The position numbers and the translations under genes were made by a program. The notes below the pieces were generated by a model. That model was not told the origin of the DNA. It worked only from the letters and a program-made list of their open reading frames with translations, and searched no databases. From NCBI GenBank assembly GCA_002633005.1, contig NMRA01000515.1, forward strand, positions 247,680-311,679: a stretch of 64,000 bases of DNA, in the 5' to 3' direction. This DNA is from Phoronis australis. Taxonomy: Eukaryota > Animalia > Phoronida. Shown here piece by piece: positions 25,375 through 37,299 of the stretch (positions within the stretch are counted from its first letter, which is position 1; the number at the start of each line of letters is the position of its first letter).

Positions 25375-25766
25375 AGTGATGCTAGGTCTGGGTTAGGGGA
25401 CGTATTTATAGCGGCGCGACGTTGGAGAGCTTACCGCATGGTCACGTGGGCACACAATACATGACACACGTAGGAATATCATAAAATAATCGAGGCCTTT
25501 AGGAACGTGCACGCGACAATAGCTTATCAAAATCCCCCATCACAGGACAGCGGACAATGAAGTGTTTTTGTGACGGACGAAGGCCACTATAATATGGGAC
25601 GTCACGATCTTCTCGTGTTTTTATTGATCATGGCACGTTGTTTTGAATATGACTAGGTATCGTGTACAAAAATGTTTTACTGCCAAATTTGGCGGATCGT
25701 TTGAAGTGAACGTTTAGTCAGGAGAGAATTTGTGAGATCACTGATGACTCAATTCGTTTTCTCACG
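25375..25766 (-). promoter_or_regulatory. Core and proximal promoter of neurogenin A
   Basis: TATAAATA on - (25410-25403), Inr-like TCACT about 30 nt downstream, CACGTG (25443-25448), TGCACGCGAC (25508-25517) and a Su(H)/CSL-type CGTGAGAA on - (25759-25766). Confidence 0.7.
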
Positions 25767-25969
25767 AAGATATATAGTTTTATGCATATCACCTGTTATT
25801 TACTAACTTAAACCGGTGACAGAAGTTAAGAGGCCAGTTATGCATGCTGAAAATGAAGAAAAGATAAATAAAAAGCGAAAGGTTATTTTCAAACATCGAG
25901 TCAAAAACATGAGACTTCGAACTGATTACAGGGTCGAATGAAAATTTTTATCACACTGATAACACTAAC

Positions 25970-26070
25970 AATTACAATAACAACAATAATAAAATAATAA
26001 TAATTATCATCACCATCATCACCACCACCATCATCGTCATCGTCATCATCAGCATTATCATAATAATAAT
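25970..26070. repeat. (AAT)n/(CAT/CAC)n microsatellite
   Basis: Visible trinucleotide runs. Confidence 0.85.
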
Positions 26071-27774
26071 GTCATAAAAAATTACACGGTCGGAATTTGC
26101 TCTCAGAATTAACTGAGAATTTTTGGCCAATATTTTTAATGTGGTACAATATTCAACAGATCCACGCGACGCAACGTATGAGTAATTTAGCTGGGTGGCG
26201 CCAGAACCAGCTCAGGAGGTGTCGTCAACTAATAGACATACCGCTACCGCGCACCGCGTCTTATTCTTAATGTTCATAGACTATCAATCACCAGTCTAAT
26301 CTGAAGTCAATTTGCGCTAGAAATAATATAATGGTCAGGCCAGTCAGGCCCCGAGCTGGTCAAATGACGACCTTTAAGCTAGTCTTTTGTAACCAGATAA
26401 TAAGCCTTAGCTAAGGTAGTCATTTCGCCCTTTCTTCACCCACCCATTGTTCGCAAATTTGGCGTGAACTATTGTGATCTCTTTATTTCAACTTGCGCAA
26501 TCTGGACAGTGCTCTCAATTTGTCTAATTAGATTGCACTTCGCCAATTTAGAAGGAACTGGTTACTAGGTCCAACATTACTAGATCTACCCTGATGTATT
26601 CTTACGCAACCACATCTTCCGTTTATATTTTTGATATTACATTGCTTCAAACATTTCAATCACATGACATTTCTCCCAGTTTACAATTATCCTAAATAAT
26701 ATTGTTTCTTAGTACATTGAAAATATTTATTGCTGCGTAATTTGCGAACTGTTAGCACTATTAGTTATTTAATTCGCCATGTTTTTTCAAGACACTACGA
26801 CATTTACTACAGCTGCGTTGCTACTGACTCGGATACCCACTCATTTGACTACATTACTTGCGACTATTTTACCGTTAACTAGATTCCTGAACATTATGCT
26901 CAAATAAATACATGATATAGTATTGTTTTTCATTGTTGACTTAAAAGAGGAAAAATGTATTGATTTGTAATAACTTATTTCATTGAAATTCACTATTATT
27001 TGTTTTGCCACACCAAACTCAGCTCTGATTATTTGTTAATAAAGTATGGAATGCCGTCAAATCTAAAAAGAAAATTCCATATTTGGGAAATGATTTGATC
27101 TCTTGCCCAAAAACGGAGTCGGCAATATTTGTGCAATGGGAAATACGAAATACGATGTAAATTGTAATAAATATACGTGGCTCTCCCGCATGCCATGTCG
27201 GCAAATGAACTTCGCCCTGTCCGTGGGTTGACTATTCATTGACCACTTTTCCAATAAATACACGACTCTCCTAAAAACAGCATCTCATTTAACGGTAAAG
27301 TTGCTTAAATTATTTCCACCACGAGTGTTTTTTACAATAGCCGAATATCGTTACGTAAAGCCAGACTAAGTTACACAAGACGTTTAGACTAATCACTAAG
27401 TCTGAGGAGCTGAGTAGTATTCAGCTGTCCTCCACTTGCGCCGGCTCAAGCACACTGAAGGACCGAGGATGGGACTCATTAGATCAAGACCACACCTGGG
27501 ACCGGTAACGTCCATTTAACTTCGCAGTTCACCGACGAAGAAGTGTTCTTGTATGTCTGACTATGAAAAATGGATTATTTACCAGTAAATTTGGAGCAAT
27601 AAGAATCAGTGAAGCACCTACGAACAACTAATTTTATTTCCTGGCTGTGAATAGAAAATGCAATTAATATTGGTGAAAACATCACACTACAGCTTTTCTT
27701 TAGCACGGTCAAGACATTTGCACTTGAAAATCTTTCCAGAATAACAATAGAATAAAGTTTATATCCAATAACTT

Positions 27775-27946
27775 GAGAGAGAGAGAGAGAGAGAGNNNNN
27801 NNNNNNNNNNNNNNNNNNNNNNNNNNNNNNNNNNNNNNNNNNNNNNNNNNNNNNNNNNNNNNNNNNNNNNNNNNNNNNNNNNNNNNNNNNNNNNNNNNNN
27901 NNNNNNNNNGGGGGAGGGAGGGAGGGAGACAGAGAAAGAGAAAGAG
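27775..27946. repeat. (GA)n microsatellite spanning an assembly gap (N at 27796-27909)
   Basis: GA runs on both sides of the N stretch. Confidence 0.9.
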
Positions 27947-29034
27947 ATATAATACCATCATAAGTGTAACTTGAACGGAGGGGTTATGACCGAAGACAAA
28001 AGTTAAAAAAATGACGAAAATACGGCCAACATATCTCAAGTTATGCGCGCGGGGATATTCATTCTCGATTTGTGCAACACCGTGACACAATCGAGGTTGA
28101 GTGTCAATTTAATGGGTCACGTTTTAAAGTTATTTTCACAATAGGACGAAAATGCATTAGTATTTTTAGAACAGGACACTGTTCATTAAAACGAAAATGA
28201 AGACCTCTTCACTAGACGATGTTTTGAAAGACCATCTTTACTATTAGACTAATGTAAATATGTGTGGATACCAATCCTCAATATTTTTATATTGGTTTAT
28301 CTCCGCTATCATTTTTATTCACCCTATTTCTAGTAGAGTTCACGCTTTCTGACTGAAATAATTACTTAAAAGTTTGCGCCACTGAAGCTATTTTTGAAAA
28401 AGAATCACTTTAAGAGCACCCTGGAGCTTGTTTCGCAAAAGCATCATAGCGGGATTATTCGGCTTACAGTTTCACCCTCTTTCTGAAATTCAAATAGCAA
28501 TCGAGTTTTTGAAAATGATCCGCCCAAGTACGCGCGATTGTATGCACTGCCCTGCGGTGACGTGGATATTTAATATTGACAAATCAAAACGCGAACTCTT
28601 TTGTCCCACAACAATAGAGACGCATCCCTCTGTTCCGAGTCAAAGAGCACTCGTCGTTCACCTTTCCCCAGATTTAACTTTTAATAGTGGGTTTCATGTT
28701 CCAAGAATACAATTCACTGCAGTCAAGACACTTGACTAATCGCCGAGGATTGTCTAAGTGAAGGTGAATTTTTTGCCTTTCATTTTATTGTGAAGCTTGA
28801 GTGGTGGTCCATTATTCTCTTAAGCGCTGACACGCGCCGAGGTTCATCAGCACGCGTCTGTAATCGTCCGAGATAGCTATCAGCGGTGATTAAAACCTGA
28901 AGTGGATGAATTCGAATTCTTAGGGTAAGCCTCATAGGCAAAACGGAGAACATAAAAACAAATGCGATGAAAATCAGCGCACATTTTCATCAAATGTCTT
29001 TCCATTAGATATCGAGCACCTTGGAGAGGTTGTT

Positions 29035-29310
29035 TGTTATTATTATTATTATTCTTCTTCTTCTTCTTCTTATTATTATTATTATTATTATTATGCTTAA
29101 ATAATATCCTAAAGACGATGTCTATCTAGAGTAAACTGGAGTTTAAAAACAGGTCTGTGGTTACGTTCTAATCTACAGAAGGAAGTTTATGGTAATCAGT
29201 AAAATTTTTTTCGTCTATCGATGACCTTATATGTATGTATTTATATATGTATGTATGCATGCATTCATGTATCTATGTATCTATGTATCAATGTATCTAT
29301 GCATGTATGT
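29035..29310. repeat. (ATT)/(CTT) and (TATG)-type microsatellites
   Basis: Runs at ~29035-29093 and ~29230-29310. Confidence 0.8.
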
Positions 29311-29724
29311 AAGGTAACGTTCACACATAACGTCATCATTCGTGGGTGAAAGGTAAAAGATGACAGAGGGGCTGGCTCGTGGTGACGGCATCGTGTGGAT
29401 TATTAGAATATCTCCATTAGAGAACATATCGTTTGGAAACTAGTTCACCTCCTACAGGGATTGGCTAATAACAAAAACGAGATTCCCCGTTTCATGCTTC
29501 TATTTCACTAGGCTTACCTTATAACATGTACACATCATTGCATAAGCAGGGAGGTAGTTGTGATGACGTAGGACAGGGGGTAGATCATGATGACAGGTGA
29601 TGACAAACGGGAGAGGCTGTAAAAAGTGGAAAACTTTAGATGACTTAATTTTTTCAACCCCCCTCCCCCCCGCACCCCTATAATAATAATTTGGCAGCAG
29701 CACGAGGACATAGGCTTACATACA

Positions 29725-29946
29725 CAGGGTTTCCATTGAAACAGGAATACCGGTGTTAAACAAATGTCCCGGAGTCGAAAACAAACTCCTGCACCTTCAA
29801 AACAGCTAACCAGCCTGAAAAACACTATCTCTGACCTCGGGGTTCGTATTTTTCGGGCTGGTTGGTTGTTTTGAAGGTGCGGGAGTCTGTTTTCGACTCC
29901 GGGATATCTGTTTTCATCTGGCTTCCTGTTTCGATGGAACACCCTG
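29725..29946. mobile_element. Foldback/palindromic MITE with ~95-bp arms
   Basis: cagggtttccattgaaacagg...cccggagtcgaaaacaaactcctgcaccttcaaaaca...cagcctgaaaaa is mirrored by its reverse complement ending ...ggaacaccctg. Confidence 0.85.
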
Positions 29947-30031
29947 AAACTTAAACACACAATGCACACATACTTACATACATGTGCATGTATATACACA
30001 CATACGTTGATTGATTATCATTGAGTTAAAC

Positions 30032-30206
30032 TTGCCTTTCGGCCCGTTTAACTGGCTAAAAACGAAAATCGTATTGGGCCTTTTTCTTTGATAACATCGG
30101 CCTCACAAAATTTCTTATTGTGACAGGATTCAATTTAAGATACCAAGTAGTATATCGACATCATTATTCGATTTTCGTTTTCAGCCAGCTAAGCAAGGCG
30201 AAATGC
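30032..30206. mobile_element. Small inverted-repeat element
   Basis: ttaactggctaaaaacgaaaatcg ... cgattttcgttttcagccagctaa. Confidence 0.65.
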
Positions 30207-30352
30207 TATTCCCATAAACAATCATATCAGATAGCCGACTTATTGGTTCATATACAATTTGTCGGAAATAGATTATTATGACGTTAATGTGATTTTGATA
30301 GAATTTATCCAATTGGGAACTACCAATTTTGCCTTAAAAACATCCACCGTGA

Positions 30353-31264
30353 CAGTGGCAGATCTAGGATATCACAAGGGGGGCCAACATTTTGTCTGTA
30401 AACATTTGCCCAAAGCACTATTGTAGATGCGCATAGCACCGAATGGGGGGAGGTCCCGCCCAGGAAATTTTTCTGTTTTTTCCTCTAAAAATCAAGCATT
30501 GTCCTTGATTCCCGAAGTATTATCCAAGAAAAAAGGCAAAAAAAAAACACGGAGAAAGTGTCAAACAGGAAAAACTACAAGTACCACAGACTCGAATTCA
30601 CGACCTGGCGGATAAAGCGCGCGTGCTTTACCCCTGCACCACCACGATTTAACGCCTAAATTGATACTAAAAGACCTCCTTGTTTATCGTTCACAGCGTT
30701 TACGCGCGAAACATTCTTTTGTAATGTTTATTACATGTTTTATATTTTGTGCAAATAATCTTCAATTGCCCAAAAGACCAAATCCGTGTTTTGTGTTGAC
30801 AATAATGACGACGATTGCTTTGGAAATCGTCTTGAGTTAAGATTTGACAAAGAGAGAATTGTGAGTTTCTGAGTGATTCACTAAGGCTTCGATTAAAATT
30901 GACATCTTACCAGCAGCTTCTGTTTTTTCATCATCACTCAGATTCCATTTTCTTTAAAAAGTGAAGTGATATTTTCATTGCACAGTGGAGCAGACGACGG
31001 AAACGGAGTCGTTGTGCCCAGCGCCTATACTTAGCCTTATTTCCGTTACGATTACGCCGTGTTCCGAATTTGACACTTGAAATTGGATCTGAACCCCCCA
31101 AACACATTAAAACTGCACACATTTAAATCTTGTTTCAGACGTATAATTTTAATTACCGGGGTTACTTAATAAACCCAAGATTTCCCTACGCTTTTGTTTT
31201 ATTTTTTTGAGGCAGCCAAGGGGGGGGGGCGGGCCCTCTGGCCCCCTCCCTAAATCCGCCTATG
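30353..31264. mobile_element. MITE (hAT-like CAGTGGC/CATAGGC termini), copy 1, with internal tRNA-like cassette
   Basis: Starts cagtggcagatctaggatatcacaagggggg and ends ccctaaatccgcctatg; near-identical ends at 42252-42861. Flanks cgtga/catga. tRNA-like A/B boxes on - at 30580-30648. Confidence 0.8.
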
Positions 31265-33023
31265 CATGAAATTCGAAATTAGAAACACGCAACGTTCATC
31301 GAACGGCAATTATGAATGATTCTGTGAAAATGTCCAGTCCGACCGCAATGTTGCATTTGACTCCACTATGTAGTCAGGCCCCGAGGACAAAAGTGGAGAT
31401 CAGTCAACTACTTTACGACTTTATCAAGTAGTAGGGTTTATGATCTTTCGTGAATTTGGAGTGTTTTTTATTAAATCAGCGGTAGGTCTTGTTTTGCTCA
31501 TGGCCATGCACAAGAAAAAGAAGCGGCCAGCCACACAGTACATGCGTCGAATATGAACACTGATAGGATTCTCTTAAATAGACGAGTTCGTACTAATTGG
31601 ATTAACTCTCATCCTTTTGTTCGCCAATAGTGTAATCAACGGATCGACCGTTATCAGTTCATCAATCTATTTAAACATTCGAACGCGTCTGACTTGTAAT
31701 TGATGATTTTTTTAAAATACCAATAAACAACAGACAGATTTTGTTGAAAACTTAATAATTGTTTCGGTGATGATTTGTGAACAACGAATTTCCGATGGCA
31801 TTGGTAAAACTAGAGCATGTGTTTTGCGCTCCACTCGAACGGCAATCAAACTCATATGGTCCATTATGACGGTTATGCCAATGTGAGAGGTTCCCGCCAT
31901 CGAGCCATCTGATGTTATTGCGTAACTTGAAATATACTGACACGGCATTGCAGTCTCGTGACTAATGGAGAAGGTTACAGAGGCCACACCTCGCCATCCA
32001 GCCATTGTTAAGATATATTTGTTGTCTTACAATAAAACTAACGTTGTGCCTTTTATAATTTCGATTAATTTATCGTAGTGAGTTTTGTTTCCCAGGATAC
32101 ATTTTCTTTTAAATCCGTTTAGTAATATGCCAAGGAAATCGATGTTAATTTTAAGTTGAATGAAGCCAATGACAACACGTTTCTCATTTATGTTTCGGAA
32201 TATATCGACATGCTAACAGTGTAAGTTTTTTGCATTTTTCTAACTTGATCTTGTACATAAAATCTGTTATTTTCATCCCCAAGCGACTAATCGTCGTCTA
32301 AATCTACAAAGACGGTGACAAATGAAAGGAAAGTACTCCCATCTGGACATTAATTATCTCTATAAATCAATAAAAAGAACACTGTACTGCAAATTAAAGT
32401 GACTTTGCATCAAAGTTCATTTACCTAATGCACTCATAAAAACAAACACAGTGAGGACACCTTCGTAGTTTTGAATGCACAGAAATGTTATGTCGGTCTT
32501 GCTTTTCACCTGCAAGGCAGAAATAAGAAAGTGTATCCAAAATGTTCAACTCCACATCCACAGAGCCAAATATGCTTAAGTGTTGCTTGGGTCCCTATAG
32601 CGGGATTGTGGACTCTACAATTTTGAGCCACACCTCCGCGATCGCCAGAATTGTTACCACAGCCGCTTGTTACAGCACATTTTACTTCAACTCATCCCAC
32701 GTAGCCAAAAGTGAATACTCCCAACTTCAAGGGTGGCCACAAGTTTTACAAGGAGGGGCTCCTGAGGCTAAGAGTCGGTGCACCTGCTTTGTGTGCGTTC
32801 CCAAACCGTAATTTAGATAGATTTATGGACATTCGGACACAGCCGATGGGCTGACCCTTAATATTGATTATGAGTGGACCACAACTGCTCGTTGCACCAA
32901 CCGGCCACCAAGACAGAACCAATGAAACCACGTTATGAACACGGCTTCCCAAACGCCGGGGAATTCCGAACCACTGTAGACAAATGCACAGCCTCGTTTT
33001 CACAAGCTTTTCGTTGTTATACA

Positions 33024-33029
33024 TTTATT
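33024..33029 (-). terminator. Putative polyadenylation signal of neurogenin copy B
   Basis: AATAAA on - about 270 nt past the stop codon. Confidence 0.5.
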
Positions 33030-33300
33030 AATAACAAAATACACACAGACGTAGGAATTGAAACAGGTTGCTCTTATGTTTCAACAAATTGTCTCATGTT
33101 CAAGCTCTGTACCGCCATACGTATGTGTTCAAGCTCTGTAGCGCCATACGTAGGATAGACATTTACTTTGTTGGCTATGAATGTCATTTCCTTACAAGAA
33201 GAACTCCAATCAAGTTACGGAAAGAGTCTGTTCATTCAGGCGGCGAAGGCGACAACCCTCTTGCCTGCCCACAATAGGGCGTTTAATGGGTGTGTCATCC

Positions 33301-33633
33301 TTATTTGGTGACTTCTCTGGCATCGATGTCCTCACATATTTTATCACAAAGTCGCAGCATTTGCGATAAAGTCCAGATATAGTTGTAAGCAACTCGCAAC
33401 GTCTCAATCTTCGTGAGTTTTGTCCCGTCTTCGTCAGATGAGACTGGAAGCGTGTCTCTTAATAAACTCAGAGCTCTATTTAGCGCATGCATACGATTGC
33501 GCTCTCGGTCGTTTGCCTTTAAACGACGCACTTTTTTGAGCCTTTTTATGAGGGCGGGACTTTTTGTGCGTATTTGTTTTATTCCTGAATTTTTTGTAGA
33601 AGTTCCATTCCACACGTCTTTTCTTGCTGACAT
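33301..33633 (-). CDS. ngn: Neurogenin-like bHLH, copy B, short (110 aa), lacking the S/P-rich C-terminus
   Basis: [32 protein letters not shown]...[18 protein letters not shown]; the ORF stops roughly 15-20 residues after helix 2. Confidence 0.9.
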   Translation of the reverse strand: MSARKDVWNGTSTKNSGIKQIRTKSPALIKRLKKVRRLKANDRERNRMHALNRALSLLRDTLPVSSDEDGTKLTKIETLRVAYNYIWTLSQMLRLCDKICEDIDAREVTK

Positions 33634-33648
33634 GTGTTCGAATTCTCT

Positions 33649-34005
33649 CTAAAATATAAATTATTCAACACAATGTAAGTGTAATGAAAATTATGAAAAA
33701 TGTAATATGAGCTGCTAGCAGCATTACTCCCTATAAACACATGAAATAGATGCTTTCATTGTTTAGAATACTACCAGATTCAATGAACCGAAATTTCTGT
33801 GAGACTTTCACAGGGAAAGGTTTCATGGTCCAAACATTCCATCAAAACTACGCTGCGTGGTTTTTGTTCATCGTTAACGGCGTATCAGTATATTTCACAA
33901 TTCCTTACCTGTCGGTCCTTTTTGAACTGGGTTACCTAATAATCAGTAACTAGGCACAAGTTGGCGCGTGCGCTCTGTCATCGGCACGTGCCGTGGTTAT
34001 TTATA
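33649..34005 (-). promoter_or_regulatory. Promoter, non-coding first exon and 5'-UTR intron of neurogenin B
   Basis: TATAAATA on - (34005-33998), palindromic GGCACGTGCC (33983-33992), CACGCG at ~33965-33970, donor CAG|gtaagg at 33909/33908, and acceptor tatattttag| about 15 nt before the ATG. Confidence 0.65.
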
Positions 34006-36586
34006 TCTTTCCATAAACAATACAACCTGTTGGATTGCTACAGCGCCTCCTAGCGACCAGATATTATGAGCGAGGATTGGTTGCTCGACATTGCCAAGTT
34101 AGTTCTTAAGGTGTCATTGACTGAAGAACAACTTGTTGACACAAGTTTTGGTAAATAAGCAGTCTAGGTTATAGAGATAAGAGGAAACTTGAAAGACGCC
34201 AATTCTTTATGGGATGGGCATTATAGGTTTATATTACTAATTAAGAATATGATAAGCAGTGGAAACCAATTCTCTTTGACTACAGCAACTCATTATGTAC
34301 TTTGTGCAACCAAGAAAATGTACTTACACATGTCGTCACTTGAATTGTCACCATAAAATTGATAGCTTTTCGTCGATTTGCAGAAGAAAGTAACGTATCT
34401 TACTGTTGGAAAGTAAATTTTTTCTTATGTCCGAAATCAGCCATTCCATTGGCTAAGACTTGATCTCTACTACAACAGGTAGTTGACCGATGTTTATGTT
34501 GCGAAGTCAAAAGCGTTGTTCTGAACACACTGTCCACTAGCCGGGAAATTTAGCTTTGAAAACAAAATAAAAATCGCTGGAAAGAGAGGTAAACAGTGTG
34601 TCTGTTCAAATGTATTTTGAACAAACATTTTTTCTACAGGGAATTATTGAAAGACGTTTCAAGAACTATTACACAAAGCAAAAGACACTTAGAATACCCT
34701 GCATGTAACTTTTGTTATTAATTTGATTTAACTTTTAAGTATTACTTTCTACTTATTCTGTTGTTCGTCTCCTTACCGCTTGAATAAATATTTTGAAAAA
34801 AGATGAATCTTCGCCGCTACCATGTTTATTTTTTCTGCGTGGCTATTTAAGCGCGCAAATAATCGCAAAGACACTAGATGCAATGGTGAGTGCGCTTGTA
34901 TGCAAACACATTAACAAATTGAGTGAGTGCACTTGATTATATTGTTTAATTAAAAGTCACGGCAACTTAAGTAATCTTTGTTTCTTATCTTGACTCCAAA
35001 TGAAAGACGCCGCGTATTATTAATAACGACTTGTTCTTCATTCCTACTCAGTTAGACTAAGCGTGCAAAGTTTCTTTCAACTACGCCGATTTGTTAAGAA
35101 GGACCTGGTAACATCATTGCAAACAATTTTTGTTCAAACGAAGTATTCTTTCAGAAAAAAATAAAATAAAGAAGTCCACGACTTATTATTATACGTTTAT
35201 GCTTCATAAATAAAGCAAATGCGTATATGCTCAGTGTCAATTATACGACCACTTACACTTTTATCCATTTTTTGTAAGATAATATTTAACTTTAGCAGGC
35301 CAACAATAGTTGAAAAGTTAATTGCGGCCGTCTGAGTTTCGACACTCCATTGTCTCACTGGGTTTAATAAAAATGGACACTAAAGTAAGAAGACAACTAC
35401 GTCCCTTCTGTCAAACTGTCGCTGTACCAGACGCCGCTTGTGCTAGTTGCTTTTTTAGTGCGCATGCGTGTAAGACAAAGGCGGGAAGCTTGAAATGAGA
35501 AAAAATAGAGCGCGCTTTGTAAATTGCGTCAAAACGTGTATTTCAACGAATTAGTTTCAAAAGTTCGGTCTCAAGTGAATCAATTTTGTCTTTTTCACTT
35601 ATAGACGCAAGATTGGAATTCAATAGAGGTTTCGAAGCTGTTTAAATAATCAAAATTGAAGTGGTTACTGTTTGATCTCCATCTGGTATGCATTTTTTCA
35701 TTAAAACTACACGGCGTTATCAACTCGTGGAGATTCTTTGAACACCAACATTTAATTACACGTAGATTATAAGCATTAATCATAAACTTTGTCGTTTTTG
35801 CGGCGTCAATTTCTCACCTGTCCAGGTGACTGCATTGTTCTCCCCGTAAATGCATTAAGAAATATGTTTAGCAAGGATAATTTTCAACTTGCTAACGACA
35901 AAGTCTCCATAGAAGCTGATTATTTCAATGTCAAATCAATTAAATAGACTCTTTGTTTTATTCCTTATGTTGAACGGCCTATTATAACAAAAAGTCAAGT
36001 AGATTTTGAGTAGGTTTCAATGAATACTTCTACGTTAACTGAACAATTTCGTGGAAGCTATTGGTTCATTCTGGCATATGGCAAAGCCTTCTGGAAAGTG
36101 TCACATTTGTGAGTAGGCTGTTAGTTACGCCTTACTCCCATTACTACTGTTGTTTTTTAACGATAAAGGATGAAAGAAACTTTTCTTCGACACTACGAAG
36201 TCTTACAGAGCTGCTTATTTCGCAAACGATATGCCACGCCCACTTTTTCAAACTTACTTCCTGGCTTTGTAACTCAACCGTTGAAACTTTTAAGTGCCGT
36301 GCTCCGGAATGTGTCCATCAGAGGAGACGAGGCAGATGGTATGTGTATAATTGCTCATGCTATTGCAGCTGTACAACTTGAATTTTAATATTTCTTTGAA
36401 AGTAACACCTATATGTATGCTAAACTAGTATTTGATAAAGCGACTGAAGTCAAAACGACGCAGATTCTCAAGACATGATTTCCGGCAGAATCAACCCTGT
36501 TTCGTGAATTGCCAGTCATTTCTCTGCACTTCCAATTTGGCGTCAACCACCTCCACTGCCCACCACGACCTGACTACAAGAAGCAG

Positions 36587-36636
36587 GTGTGCGTGCGTGC
36601 GTGCGTGTGTGTGTGTGTGTGTGAGTGTGTGTGTGT
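36587..36636. repeat. (GTGC)n/(GT)n microsatellite
   Basis: Visible. Confidence 0.9.
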
Positions 36637-37299
36637 GGAGCCAGAAGAATGGAGACGTTAGCATGCACAATTGAAAAGTCTATAGTAAGGGGTGCAGATG
36701 ACATTGATCTTCAGATCTATTAACCACTGTAAGTCACCTGTTGATTCAACACGACTACTTCTACACTTTGATGCCTTCTGATGGCCACTCAACCAACAGA
36801 CATGACACTTGCAATACGACGTTATCAGCACATGAGTCAAACATACAAATATTGACTAATTTACATGATTCAGGTTTATCATACTTGCTGTCAGGGATTT
36901 ATTTAATGAACTACGTACATATCGCCTCCCCTACCTGGAAATCGACCAGATCATACATGTCAATGACTGGTGTCAGACCAGTTTCTTGTCATCTTGATGC
37001 TCTACCATCAGAGCAAGGACGACCTGCCTAAAACTACATATCGTAAATACATATTTAATGACCAACAGAGCTTGACATACACTCCATATCCGTTAAACAG
37101 ATGCCACTTTCTTTGCTGAGACATTAGCTGCGTTGTTGAAATGTTAAACGCAACATCAGGTAAAAGTGATTTTATTTGTTTAGTTTATTTACAGAACTCT
37201 TCACGTGTTACCGTCTCCACACTAGCTTTCAAGGTCTTCACCTCGTGTCCCGACAAACAAAACATCCCCTATGATGAAAATGAACTCGAAAACGCTCTA

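Noticed and set aside
26446-26459. Sox-POU composite site upstream of neurogenin A
   Set aside because: The POU half has two mismatches (TCGCAAAT); too weak without conservation data.
27402-27430. Other CTGANGA motifs as hammerheads (also ~8378, ~13070, ~60604)
   Set aside because: They lack a correctly placed GAAA and NUH with stems I and III.
27575-28090. 171-aa ORF (and similar ORFs at 42220-42740)
   Set aside because: Open only because they run through N gaps.
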